A DNA stretch of 64,000 nucleotides from an uncultured Verrucomicrobiae bacterium (GTDB lineage Bacteria > Verrucomicrobiota > Verrucomicrobiia > Chthoniobacterales > JAFAMB01), in contig CAWIPH010000002.1 in assembly GCA_963837955.1 (NCBI GenBank), forward strand, positions 2,912,001 through 2,976,000, written 5' to 3'. This document shows positions 26,892-36,538 of the stretch, one piece after another (within the stretch, counting starts at the first letter, position 1; every line of letters begins with the position of its first letter). Below the pieces are notes generated by a model. That model saw only the letters and a program-made list of their open reading frames with translations, had not been told where the DNA came from and searched no databases. Position numbers and translations under genes: made by a program.

Positions 26892-27932
26892 CTAGCCACC
26901 CATCGAACATTGCAACAGAAGGAAGATCGCGCCTCCTAACACGACGACGCCGACGGTCACAGCGAGCGCAATGGTTATCGTTCTCCGAATATCGTTCTTT
27001 TCGTCGCGCTTCTCTTTCCAAGGGTCCAACTTTCTCCCTGACGAGGGCAATAACGCCTTACGCCATTCCGCGATATTCTGGGGTCGGTCCTTCCCCTCAA
27101 ATCTCAACGCCCAATCGACAGCCTCCAAAAATTTGGTCGAATACTCCTGGTTGCGGAGCCGTTTCTGTAGCGGAACGACCCGGTCATTATGCAGCCGGTC
27201 GGGTGCATTCGGAAAACTCTGCTCGGCCAACATGGCAAAAAAGAGCGTCACCCCGAGCGCGTAAATATCGGTATACGGTCCTTGCGGTAAAATGTGACCA
27301 TACTGTTCGATGGCGCCAAAAGGCGGCGTTAGGATCTGCTCGACTGGCCGGCTTCGACTCACGACGAGCTGGCGAGCGGCGCCAAAGTCCAGAAGCAACG
27401 GTTTGTGCCCCCGCGTTAAGTAGATATTCGAGGGCTTGATATCGCGATGCAAATACTTCAGATCATGCACCGCTTCGAGACCGTCGAGCAACGGCAGCAA
27501 AAGATTCCTTAGCTCGTTCTCATTCAAGCGGCCAGGTTTCTGGATTTCCAGATGCCGGCGAAGATCGTAGCCATCTTCGTACTCCATTACCATGTAGCCG
27601 GTGTTATTGGCTTCGAAGTAATCGAGTACTTTCACCACGTTTTCGTGCCTCACCCGGGCAAGAATTTCAGCTTCACGCCGAAACATCCTTTTGGCGTCAT
27701 TAAATATCGATTCCTGGGCGTCACTTTGGGCGATCACTTCATCCTGTCCGCGGCGCACGGTAAAATCGGATGGGAACAATTCCTTGATCGCCACGCGACG
27801 GTTCCGTCCATTCTCCCACGCAGAGTAGGTGATCCCAAATGCGCCGGGGCTACCGAGGACTTGCTCGAACTGATAAACGTCCAAAGTATAACCGGCCGGC
27901 AGCGGCTTGTGCGAGTAGTTGAAGTATTTCAT
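26892..27932 (-). CDS. Ser/Thr protein kinase with C-terminal TM anchor
   Basis: LGSPGAFGITY, VAIKE, HRDIKPSN, DFG, TPPFGAIEQY; C-terminal hydrophobic helix; start may be 27959. Confidence 0.92.
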   Translation of the reverse strand: MKYFNYSHKPLPAGYTLDVYQFEQVLGSPGAFGITYSAWENGRNRRVAIKELFPSDFTVRRGQDEVIAQSDAQESIFNDAKRMFRREAEILARVRHENVVKVLDYFEANNTGYMVMEYEDGYDLRRHLEIQKPGRLNENELRNLLLPLLDGLEAVHDLKYLHRDIKPSNIYLTRGHKPLLLDFGAARQLVVSRSRPVEQILTPPFGAIEQYGHILPQGPYTDIYALGVTLFFAMLAEQSFPNAPDRLHNDRVVPLQKRLRNQEYSTKFLEAVDWALRFEGKDRPQNIAEWRKALLPSSGRKLDPWKEKRDEKNDIRRTITIALAVTVGVVVLGGAIFLLLQCSMGG

Positions 27933-28053
27933 CGCTGGGGCGCACAGCCGTTTAGTCAACCGGTCTACATTCGGTGTTTCGCGTTTCCTGGCCCAGCCAC
28001 CCGACTAAACGAATTGCCGTAAGCGATCAAATGACCTGGCCACACTAAAGCGG

Positions 28054-29512
28054 TCATACCTGTTTGAAGTCGAGCTTCACTTCCCCTAAGGTGATCGTGT
28101 CGCCGACTCTCAATGGCATTTCGACGAATGGCTTGCGGCTGAACTGTCCGTTGACGGCCGTTCCGTTGGAAGAGTTGCGATCAGCGACCGTGAACCCGGA
28201 GTTTGTTCTCCTGATATGCGCGTGCTGCCGTGAAATCGCGCCATCATTTACGACGAGGTGACAGACGTTGCTCGCGCGCCCAAGCACTAACTTGTCGCCA
28301 CTGTTCGCGAACATACCGCCGGTAATATCGAGCTTTAAACTCTCGCCCGCTGGTGTTCGTCCGACCAATTGCCAATTGCCCGTTGACGGTTGGGGAACAG
28401 GAACCGATCGCAACACCGATGAACGCAAGGAGACCCCTCGCTTCTTCAGCTCGTCCAGCAGATAAGTCACTCCTTCGCGAGGTCTCTTTCCTGATCGGAT
28501 CAGTGCGATGGTCATACCAGCGATAGCCAAAGCAATCGCGGCTGCCGTACCTATAATAAGCGCCTTGGGGTCAAAAACCGGTGGGGTCCACGCTTTGTCC
28601 GTGAAGGTACATTCAGTGATTCCATTTGCTTGGAGAAACTTCTGCACTTCGCTGGTCGCGGCAGTCGACTCAACGTCTTCTGCCTCTTTGTCGACAAACG
28701 AGTGTCCGACCACGCCGAGGACTTGGCCTCCACCATTAAGCAAAGGGCCGCCGCTATTGCCATGTCGAATGTTACAACTATGCTCGATTACTCGGATTTG
28801 GCCTGTGGCGCCAGCCGTGTAACCCGGCACGTCAGTAATTTTCTCGACTTTTCCGTTGGAAACGGTCGGCACGATGAAGCCCTCCCAGGTCGCGTTGCTC
28901 TTTATCAAGTCCGTAACATCAACGCCAGCCTGCATGCTTGCTTCGCTATTCACCGCCTTCTCCAAAATTGCCGCGAAAAAGGGACCAAATGTATCTCCCG
29001 GATCGGCAATTCCGGGAAAGCCTGCGCTGTAGACCTCGTCAGTCTCATGCGGTGGTGGGAGCAATAACTGAAACGGAGTCGCTTTGAGCCCGGTACAACG
29101 GATGACAGCCAAGTCCGCATTAGGCTGCTGAGCTACAAAGACGCCCTGGTACATAAGCACCTGGTTTCCCTTCTTTTGGAGCACAATATAGTTGTACGGG
29201 TGATCGGCACTATTTGCGGTCGATGCGATCACATGATTATTCGTTACAATCAGACCGTTATTACTAACAACAAAACCAGTTCCGCTGCTTATGTGTACTT
29301 GCCTCTGGGCGGGCTTGCTCGGCTGACTCGGCTTAGCCGGTGTGCTCGGCTTAGAGCCTTCATTAGCCGCAGGGGCGTTGACGATAACCATAGGAATAGA
29401 TTCTAACGACTGATTTCAGTTGGTCGTCAGGGATTTGGGCGCCGTAGATTACCGCCGGCGCAAAGATGTAGATCGACAGACCGATTAAGACTCTTGCGAT
29501 AATAGTTCTCAT
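28054..29512 (-). CDS. Exported trypsin-like serine protease - TM - FHA domain protein; +1 frameshift near 29397
   Basis: GAGGTG RBS, ATG 29512, signal peptide MRTIIARVLIGLSIYIFAPAVIYG..LKSVVRI, then shift into ORF 28054..29391 with triad TNNHV / ADLAV / GNSGGP, TM, FHA (LGR...ISRQHA...SSNGT). Confidence 0.88.
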
Positions 29513-29602
29513 ATCACCTCTTCAATGGTGTGAATTGTTTATCAGTTGGGTTGTACTTAGCGATTACTTACTGGCTGCTGTCATCAACGGTCTTACCGGT
29601 TC

Positions 29603-30382
29603 TTACACGGTTGTGACAGAGTTCCGAATGACCGTCACCGTGGCATTGTCCTGCTGTTGTCTCTGCGCTTGGTTAACTGTGTCCAAAAGAGCATCAACGA
29701 TTTCTTCGGCCGTCTTGTTTGCGTTGAGCTGGACGGTTGAAGTTAAGACCTCTGGCTGCGTCGATTCCAAGCCATCGCTAGCAACAACGACAAGGTCGTC
29801 TGCCTCTAACTTGAATGGGAGATGGCGCAGTTCGTAGAGTTCAAGCGGATCGACCGCGATGGCCGAGCGCAAGATACCGCGATCGGGGTGAGTCGCTGCA
29901 TCCTTTGCCGTCATTTCGCCGCGAGCGGCTTTCGCTTCCAGAACAGGCGCCATAGAATGATTGGCGTTGAGTCGCCGGAAGCTTTTGTCCCGATACAGGT
30001 AGAGTCCGGAATCGCCCACACTCACCCAATACAGCAGGCCGGGTCTCCAGAGCACGCCGACCAGGGTTGAACCCATCTGGTTAAGGCTTTCATCTCGGCG
30101 AGCGATTTCCTCCCGCAACCGGCGTTCACTCGCCCTCAGCGAACCTAAAAGGCGAGACGGAATCGATCCCCGAGCAAAGCAAAAGTGTTCAACGAAGGCG
30201 TCGACTACCAGCCGGCTGGCCAGGGAGCCACCGGCATAGCCGCCCATGCCATCCGCCAAAACTAACAGCAAACCATCTAAGCCGTCGGGATCGACAGTTA
30301 GAGGACAGAAACTGTAGTAATCATCCTGTGTCTTGCGCGTGCCCTTCACCTGCCGGCCCGCAAAATCCAGTTCAGGCGTCAT
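29603..30382 (-). CDS. PP2C-family Ser/Thr phosphatase
   Basis: RKTQDD, LADGMGG, MGST, VGDS, ASDG, QDNAT. Confidence 0.93.
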   Translation of the reverse strand: MTPELDFAGRQVKGTRKTQDDYYSFCPLTVDPDGLDGLLLVLADGMGGYAGGSLASRLVVDAFVEHFCFARGSIPSRLLGSLRASERRLREEIARRDESLNQMGSTLVGVLWRPGLLYWVSVGDSGLYLYRDKSFRRLNANHSMAPVLEAKAARGEMTAKDAATHPDRGILRSAIAVDPLELYELRHLPFKLEADDLVVVASDGLESTQPEVLTSTVQLNANKTAEEIVDALLDTVNQAQRQQQDNATVTVIRNSVTTV

Positions 30383-30990
30383 TCTTCGTCCTGCCATTCA
30401 AAATTCTCGCCGCACAGAGCGACTAAGAGCAGATCCGTATCTCCCAGCTGAATGCGATCGCCGGACTTCAGCTCGGTCGGAGCAAGCAAGGCCTCGCCCC
30501 GGACGTAGGTCGGGTTAATCCCGTCACCTAGCGTTAATGAAAATTTTCGCGCCCTCGCGTCGTAGAACAATCTAACGTGTTTGAGGCGGGAGATTTTCTC
30601 GTCTCCAAAATCGAGCCGCACACGCTGGCTAGCGTCGCGTCCGATGTCGTTAAACCCGTAACCAAGTTGCAGGGCATTACCCCGCCCCGGCCCTTTGACC
30701 ACGACGAGCCACCCGACCACCGGATCACTAGCCGTTTCTGCGCTCTTCTCGCCCAACGGATCAAATTTTGCTTCTGGCGTTAATTTTGGGCGGACCAGCT
30801 GTGTCTCTCCCTGATTCTTCTTAGTCTCGTTAGGAAGAGGTGGAGGACCTTTTCTATCTCGACTACGCCCACCGTCCTCGGTGAGTTTTCGAGTTTCATC
30901 CGGATCATTCGCATCCCGGTCGGCCGGCCGCTGCAATCGACTAATAGCGGGCCTGACGACCCGCGTTTTATTTTCGTCACTTTCACTCAT
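30379..30990 (-). CDS. FHA domain protein with disordered Thr-containing N-terminus
   Basis: PVVGWLVVVKGPGRG, IGR, ISRLKH, NPTYV, GDRIQLG; N-terminal KTR/ETR/ETQ motifs. Confidence 0.85.
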   Translation of the reverse strand: MSESDENKTRVVRPAISRLQRPADRDANDPDETRKLTEDGGRSRDRKGPPPLPNETKKNQGETQLVRPKLTPEAKFDPLGEKSAETASDPVVGWLVVVKGPGRGNALQLGYGFNDIGRDASQRVRLDFGDEKISRLKHVRLFYDARARKFSLTLGDGINPTYVRGEALLAPTELKSGDRIQLGDTDLLLVALCGENFEWQDEE

Positions 30991-31063
30991 ATTTATTAAT
31001 CCTTCGATGTAGCTTTCTTGTTATCTTGTTCTGTTGCTATTGTTAGTTGCTATATTCTTGTCG

Positions 31064-31330
31064 TTAGGTGGCTTCTTTGAGCAAATCTCGAACCGTGGCG
31101 GTATAACCCCCGCCAAACCTCACCTGGTCATCGAGCTGGACGTACTCCTGTTTAATCGAGCTCCAGCCATTTTCGCGCCTTACCTCGGTGCCATTGCTAC
31201 TGCCGCAATCCACCAAGTAATACCGGCCGTCGTCGGTAGTTGTTAGCTCAGCGTGGAGACGGCTAATTTCATCATCTCTTGTCTGAAGGATAATGTCGGT
31301 GCCTTTGCGGCCGATAGTGACTATTTTCAT
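31064..31330 (-). CDS. Small stand-alone FHA domain protein
   Basis: VTIGR, ISRLHAEL, DCGSSNGT; ATG 31330 preferred. Confidence 0.85.
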   Translation of the reverse strand: MKIVTIGRKGTDIILQTRDDEISRLHAELTTTDDGRYYLVDCGSSNGTEVRRENGWSSIKQEYVQLDDQVRFGGGYTATVRDLLKEAT

Positions 31331-31334
31331 AGGA

Positions 31335-32858
31335 TTAAATGGAGTTCTGCTCAATGAATCGCAGGCGTACCTCTCCTAGTTCCACGATGTCTCCATCTTG
31401 GAGCGCCACTTTCTCAATCCGTTTTCCGCGAACAAATACGGAGTTCGAGGAATCCAGATCGGCGATAATAAACTCTTGTCCGCGGCGGATAATTTCGGCG
31501 TGATGCCCGGAAACGCTGTCGTTCTTCATGACGATGTCGTTATCCGGTTTTCGACCGATCCGGATCGCTGACTTACTCAGCGGATACCGAGTCTGTTCGG
31601 AATCCAACGTCTCGAGCCAGGCGGACGGATACTCCTCTTCCTGGAAATTCGGGTGAGTCTCCGGCGTTTCCGCCATATCCGGCGAGATCGGAGTGACAGC
31701 AGCTGGTTTTTTCGTGACCATCCGGAAGAGCCCAACAATGAAGGCAATCAGACCGATCAGCGCGATCGCAGCAACCGTTGCCATGATCGGGTGGCCAAAA
31801 AGCCATGCCTTGGTTAACTTGAAGACCGAATGAGACGGAGATGGTTGCACCGAAGCGGCTTTGGCCGTCGTTGGCGCTGCCACCGGCGGAAGATTTTCAA
31901 CGACGTGCGCAAATGTGTAAGTCCGGTCATACTCAGCCTTGACGGTGAATTGCAGGTTCGCCGGGGAATTCAGGCCTGTGAGGTCGACCTGGGCCATAGC
32001 GCCGCTCACCGTGAATTTCAAAAGGTCCACCTCAGAATCAGGCAGTAGCCCGGCTCCTTCGGCACTAATCCAGTAACCGCCGGTTTGCTCGGCGACCTCT
32101 TGCAGTTTCCGAATGCCGTTAGTTACCCCGCTCGGACCGGGGAAAGCAACCGTGCAGATGTGTACATCGCTGTCGTGCGCAGCTTTTATGACATCGGATG
32201 GTGACGTCTCTTTGTCGTTGGAAACGCCATTTGAGAAGAGGATAACGAATTTGCGATCGGCTGTGACCGCGTTGAGTGACTCGACTGCGTGCTTGGTTTC
32301 AAAATAGAGTACCGGTGAGCCGCCCCCGCCCTCGATATCCAGCGTTTCGATCGCTTTACTAATGACCGGCTCTTTGCTGTTCATATCCGCGAGAACTTCG
32401 AGATTGCCCGCCGCGGAAATCGTTGCGATCTCCAGCTGGTAAGGAGGCGCGGCCCCAACTCGCGCAAAATTCGTCAGCGTTTTCTTCACTACTTTTAACA
32501 ATTTTTTTTGCGCCTCGGCAGAATTTCCGGCTCCGATCGTCTTGTCTACCAGAAGCAGGACCGCACATCGGTAGTTCCCAACCTTGTCTACAGTTGTAAA
32601 TCCGATCTTGTCCTTGCTAATTGGAATGCCACCCGCAGAAACGTCGACCGAAGTAACGGCGTAGTGCTGGCCTGGGGGTAACAAAAAATCGACCCGCAGT
32701 TTGTGGTCGGTAACTGGGCCATAGGTTACCGTACTCAGAGGCTTTTGGGTCTGCGCCCAACTTGGCATCGGCGCAAGGCTGACACTTACTAGTGCGAGCC
32801 GAATCATCAGCCGGGTTATCGCCGTTCTCTTTGGCCGACTAATTAATGGATTGCTCAT
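31335..32858 (-). CDS. Exported vWA-like domain - TM - FHA domain protein
   Basis: Signal peptide (..PSWA), VLLLVDKT / VILFSNG / AEQTGG vWA-like core, TM, FHA (IGR...VSGHHA...SSNSV); start uncertain (32906, 32858 or 32805). Confidence 0.8.
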   Translation of the reverse strand: MSNPLISRPKRTAITRLMIRLALVSVSLAPMPSWAQTQKPLSTVTYGPVTDHKLRVDFLLPPGQHYAVTSVDVSAGGIPISKDKIGFTTVDKVGNYRCAVLLLVDKTIGAGNSAEAQKKLLKVVKKTLTNFARVGAAPPYQLEIATISAAGNLEVLADMNSKEPVISKAIETLDIEGGGGSPVLYFETKHAVESLNAVTADRKFVILFSNGVSNDKETSPSDVIKAAHDSDVHICTVAFPGPSGVTNGIRKLQEVAEQTGGYWISAEGAGLLPDSEVDLLKFTVSGAMAQVDLTGLNSPANLQFTVKAEYDRTYTFAHVVENLPPVAAPTTAKAASVQPSPSHSVFKLTKAWLFGHPIMATVAAIALIGLIAFIVGLFRMVTKKPAAVTPISPDMAETPETHPNFQEEEYPSAWLETLDSEQTRYPLSKSAIRIGRKPDNDIVMKNDSVSGHHAEIIRRGQEFIIADLDSSNSVFVRGKRIEKVALQDGDIVELGEVRLRFIEQNSI

Positions 32859-33073
32859 GGATAGGGTCCTCGACGGGTTTGGCCCCGGGTCCTTTCGATT
32901 GTTCAAGTATTTAGACCTCGGTTCTCACTCTTATTGTTATTAGATGGCCCATTGTGACGCGAGATAACCAAATATTTGCGGCCAGGGCCGAATCAGGCGC
33001 CGCTACCGGGCTCCTTTCGATCCACGAACCGATTTGTGGCCTTGGGAGGAGCGGTTGGGAGCCACCATCAATT

Positions 33074-34189
33074 ATGAAAAAACGTTTATTATGTCTTCTG
33101 ACTGCGGCATTCTTGCCGGCGGCGTCGTTGTACGCCGCTATCGCTCCAGGTGAGAATTACGCGGTCGTCGGAGTTGGCTTTAGCGGGATCAAAGCCGTAG
33201 TTGTTCAAACAGTAAGATCAGATTCCGAGGGCCCGGCCAAGACTCTGAAAGCTTATCCTCCGCTAGACTTGAATGCCGGCTTTTGGGAACGAACGGCGTC
33301 CGGCGACATCGCAAAAGCTGTCGGGACACTTCTCCAGCAGATGCAAAGCGATTTCAAAATTCCCGAACAGCATTTTTATGTTTATGGAACCAGCGGCCTA
33401 CCGTCTGCCGTGCAAGACAAGCTGGCTAAAACGATTTTCGAAAAAGGAGCAAAGATAGAATTTCTTACGGTGGAACAGGAGGCGGCGCTGCAATTTACTG
33501 GCATCGTGCCGGCCAAGCGATTGAACCAGGTCGTCGTCCTCGATATTGGCAGTGGCAACAGCAAAGGCGGTTATATCGCCCAAACCCAGCCCGAATCGCA
33601 ATTCATGCCTTTCGACGTCGATTGGGGCACAAAATCCTGGACCGCTGCAATCGATAAGGCTCGCGGCGACGGCACATTCTTGGTAGCCGCGGAGGCGCTC
33701 TGCAAAGATAAATTGATCCCGGCGATTCGCGCAGAAGTTCAACAGAAACCCGGATTGCAGAACCTGCGCCGAGTCTACCTCTCCGGCGGAATTCCCTGGG
33801 CCATGGTGACACTGCTGCATCCTTACGATCAGAGTCAAACTTGGGTAAAAACCAGCGCTGCTGACATCGACAATTTCTATGAAATGGCTAGGACCAACCC
33901 GAGTCAGTTGCTTTATCCCGACCTGGACAAGGTGCCGGCCGATGTAAAAACGTCAGATCTGCCGAAACTCAAGTCGGCCGTCAGCAAGGAGGTCGCGCGA
34001 GTTGCTACCGTGTTCAGCGAGGATCAATTGCTGGCTGGCGCTCAGATCCTGAAAGCGTTCAGGGATGAGATGTATTTTGAACGGAAGGACGCGATTTTCT
34101 TCGATCGCGAAGCGCTGTACGCATTACCTATAGGTTACCTTTTGCAGAAGCTTTCGCCAGACAGAGCAAAGAGGACCGCGTCGCAATGA
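33074..34189 (+). CDS. Exported Ppx/GppA (ASKHA-fold) phosphatase-like protein
   Basis: Signal peptide MKKRLLCLLTAAFLPAASLYA; VGVGFSGIK, GTSG, EQEA, LDIGSGNSKGG, YLSGG. Confidence 0.7.
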   Translation: MKKRLLCLLTAAFLPAASLYAAIAPGENYAVVGVGFSGIKAVVVQTVRSDSEGPAKTLKAYPPLDLNAGFWERTASGDIAKAVGTLLQQMQSDFKIPEQHFYVYGTSGLPSAVQDKLAKTIFEKGAKIEFLTVEQEAALQFTGIVPAKRLNQVVVLDIGSGNSKGGYIAQTQPESQFMPFDVDWGTKSWTAAIDKARGDGTFLVAAEALCKDKLIPAIRAEVQQKPGLQNLRRVYLSGGIPWAMVTLLHPYDQSQTWVKTSAADIDNFYEMARTNPSQLLYPDLDKVPADVKTSDLPKLKSAVSKEVARVATVFSEDQLLAGAQILKAFRDEMYFERKDAIFFDREALYALPIGYLLQKLSPDRAKRTASQ

Positions 34190-34255
34190 GGCCAGCCCGA
34201 CGCGGCTCCGGTTTCCTGGCCGTCCTACCTCTTGACTAGGAGGCTATGCGTCATA

Positions 34256-36055
34256 ATGCCGAGAGAAGAAATCTTTTCGGACCGGTTAGGTCTGCCAATC
34301 GGGTTTGAGTTTGAGGGCTTTCGTATCCTGAAGATCCTCGGACGCGGAGGATTTGGCATCACCTATCTGGCCAATGATCTTCAGCTGAACGCCCGCATCG
34401 CGATCAAAGAGTTGTTTCCTAGAGATTTCGTCACTCGCGAGGACGGCATCCGGGTTGGAGCGCGCACTCCAGCGGACCAAGAGAAGGTCAGTTGGGCTAA
34501 GCAGAGGTTCATCGAAGAGGGGCGGATGCTGAAGAGCCTGAACCATCCGAACATCGTTCGCGTCTTCCGGTTCTTTGAGCGGCATGGAACGGCTTACATG
34601 ATCATGGAGTACGTTCCCGGACAAGATCTCCGAGAATGGATGCACGCTCATCGGCACCCGAGCGAGCAGCATTTGCGAGCGGTGTTGATGCCGCTGCTTA
34701 CCGGTTTGGAATACGTTCATCAGAAAGGTTTCCTGCATCGCGATATCAGTCCGGAAAACATCAGAATCACGGAGCAGGGTCGACCGGTGTTACTAGACTT
34801 CGGAAGCGCGCGGGCGGCTCTTACCGGCCGCAAGCTAACCACGATCATTCGCGAGGGTTATTCACCGATCGAACAGTACCAATCGGTCTCTCAGCAGCGC
34901 GCGTTTACCGATCTCTATGCGCTGGCAGCAGTAATGATTCATTGTATTACGGGACAATTACCTCCACAGGCTATTGATCGCACCGGCGAACGCGATCCCT
35001 TCAAGCCGCTGACCCAGCGGGTCCGCGGGAAGTATAGCGAGAGCTTTCTCCGGGCTATTGAAGCCGCATTTGCGGTGATGCCTCAGGATCGGCCCCGCAA
35101 CGTAGCTCAATGGCGTCGAATGTTGAAGCCGCAGAGCGCGCCTCCACCGGAAAAGCAGAGAAGAGTGACCCCTTTGCTCTGGTTGGCGGCGACTGCGCCG
35201 ATTCTCCTGACCCTAGTTGCCGGTTACATTTTCTTCGGTCATCTGCTCTTTCCGACCCCCCCAGACCCTAATCCAAATCCTCTTCACGGTACGGGAGAAA
35301 CCGATCCCAATCTCGCAGCTGAACAGGCGACGAAGGAGAATCCGTTTACTAATTCTTTGCAGATGAAATTCGTGCCCGTGCCGACGCTGGAAGCGAAAGA
35401 TCGGCTGATCTTGTTGTGTATCCATCAGACGCGACGAAGGGATTATGCCTCGCTCAAGACCGCTCCGGATCTTCAGGAGGTCGGTGGAGTGAGGGTCGGA
35501 GCTGACGAACAAGGGAACCCGGTGGACGACGCGCCGGTCGTAAATATCAGTCAAGAGGACGCCAAAGACTTCTGTAAAAGGCTTTCTAACAAAGAGCAGC
35601 ACGGAAGAATCTATCGCTTACCTACTATCAGCGAATGGCGAACCGCTCTGGGTAGCACAGAAAAGCTTCCCTACCCTCCATATAACCAGGAGAAGAAACC
35701 CCTTGGGAATTATATGGACCAGACTGCAGAGCGAACCCTAAAAATGAATTTAAATGGCGAATTTATCCCAAATTACAACGACGGGTATGCAACGATCGCC
35801 CCCGTGATGCATTTCCCCGCCAACGTTCATGGCCTTTACGACATGGGTGGCAATGTCGAGGAATGGTGCTCTGATGAAGGGGGTGGGAAGGCCTTTCGGA
35901 TGGGCGCTTCATGGAGCGACTACAAAAGGGAGAATATTCCGACGCCCGACACACCCAGGTATGATAACCCGACTGGCAAGGCTTTAACAGTAGGCTTCCG
36001 GTGCGTCCTGGAGCTTGACCGAAACGCCGGGAACGCCGGGAGAAGTGAAAAGTGA
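34256..36055 (+). CDS. Ser/Thr kinase - TM - formylglycine-generating-enzyme (SUMF1/FGE-sulfatase) domain protein
   Basis: LGRGGFGITY, HRDISPEN, DFG; TM; PVVNIS..DAKDFC, YRLPT..EW, GLYDMGGNVEEW, GFRCV. Confidence 0.92.
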   Translation: MPREEIFSDRLGLPIGFEFEGFRILKILGRGGFGITYLANDLQLNARIAIKELFPRDFVTREDGIRVGARTPADQEKVSWAKQRFIEEGRMLKSLNHPNIVRVFRFFERHGTAYMIMEYVPGQDLREWMHAHRHPSEQHLRAVLMPLLTGLEYVHQKGFLHRDISPENIRITEQGRPVLLDFGSARAALTGRKLTTIIREGYSPIEQYQSVSQQRAFTDLYALAAVMIHCITGQLPPQAIDRTGERDPFKPLTQRVRGKYSESFLRAIEAAFAVMPQDRPRNVAQWRRMLKPQSAPPPEKQRRVTPLLWLAATAPILLTLVAGYIFFGHLLFPTPPDPNPNPLHGTGETDPNLAAEQATKENPFTNSLQMKFVPVPTLEAKDRLILLCIHQTRRRDYASLKTAPDLQEVGGVRVGADEQGNPVDDAPVVNISQEDAKDFCKRLSNKEQHGRIYRLPTISEWRTALGSTEKLPYPPYNQEKKPLGNYMDQTAERTLKMNLNGEFIPNYNDGYATIAPVMHFPANVHGLYDMGGNVEEWCSDEGGGKAFRMGASWSDYKRENIPTPDTPRYDNPTGKALTVGFRCVLELDRNAGNAGRSEK

Positions 36056-36276
36056 GAGGTGAGATCGCCGACAACGCCGTCGTCGCCGACAACGCCGGGA
36101 ACGGTGAACGGTGAAAGGTAGGTTGGAATACCAAATGCGGGAGAAACAAAACAGCAGGGCAAGGCTCCCGCCTAGCCGAATCGAAGGCGCTCCCGGCGAT
36201 TTGCCGGTAGGCATCCATTCACTAATCACCTCTCACTTTTCACCTTCTCCTCGGCGCTCCCGGCGTTCTCGGCGTT
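36023..36276. repeat. Composite dispersed element: inverted 9-mer/heptamer arms around a conserved core
   Basis: Arms 36023-36062 and 36226-36276 are near reverse complements; core 36073-36182 recurs inverted at 62819-62926. Confidence 0.75.
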
Positions 36277-36538
36277 TAAAAAGCACCCAGCAGCCGCCAT
36301 CGAAGATGCCGACCGCTGGGGCCCCGTGTGGCTCTGACCTATCTTCCCTTCTGTGGTATTGAGGCAAAGCTGCTCTTTGTGACGGGAAGCCAGCCACGAT
36401 TCCGAACGAACGAAATCGCCCGCAGCGAATTGGGGCAATTTTTTCGCATTCTCCAAGTATGCTTCCATCACTCCTTGCATCTCTTTCGGTAACCGCTTGG
36501 CACGAGTTCCTGTTTCTTCGTGCAAGCTTCCGCACAAG

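Noticed and set aside
35340..36055. Diversity-generating retroelement targeting the FGE-sulfatase C-terminus
   Set aside because: No reverse transcriptase and no template repeat of the 3' end seen in the window
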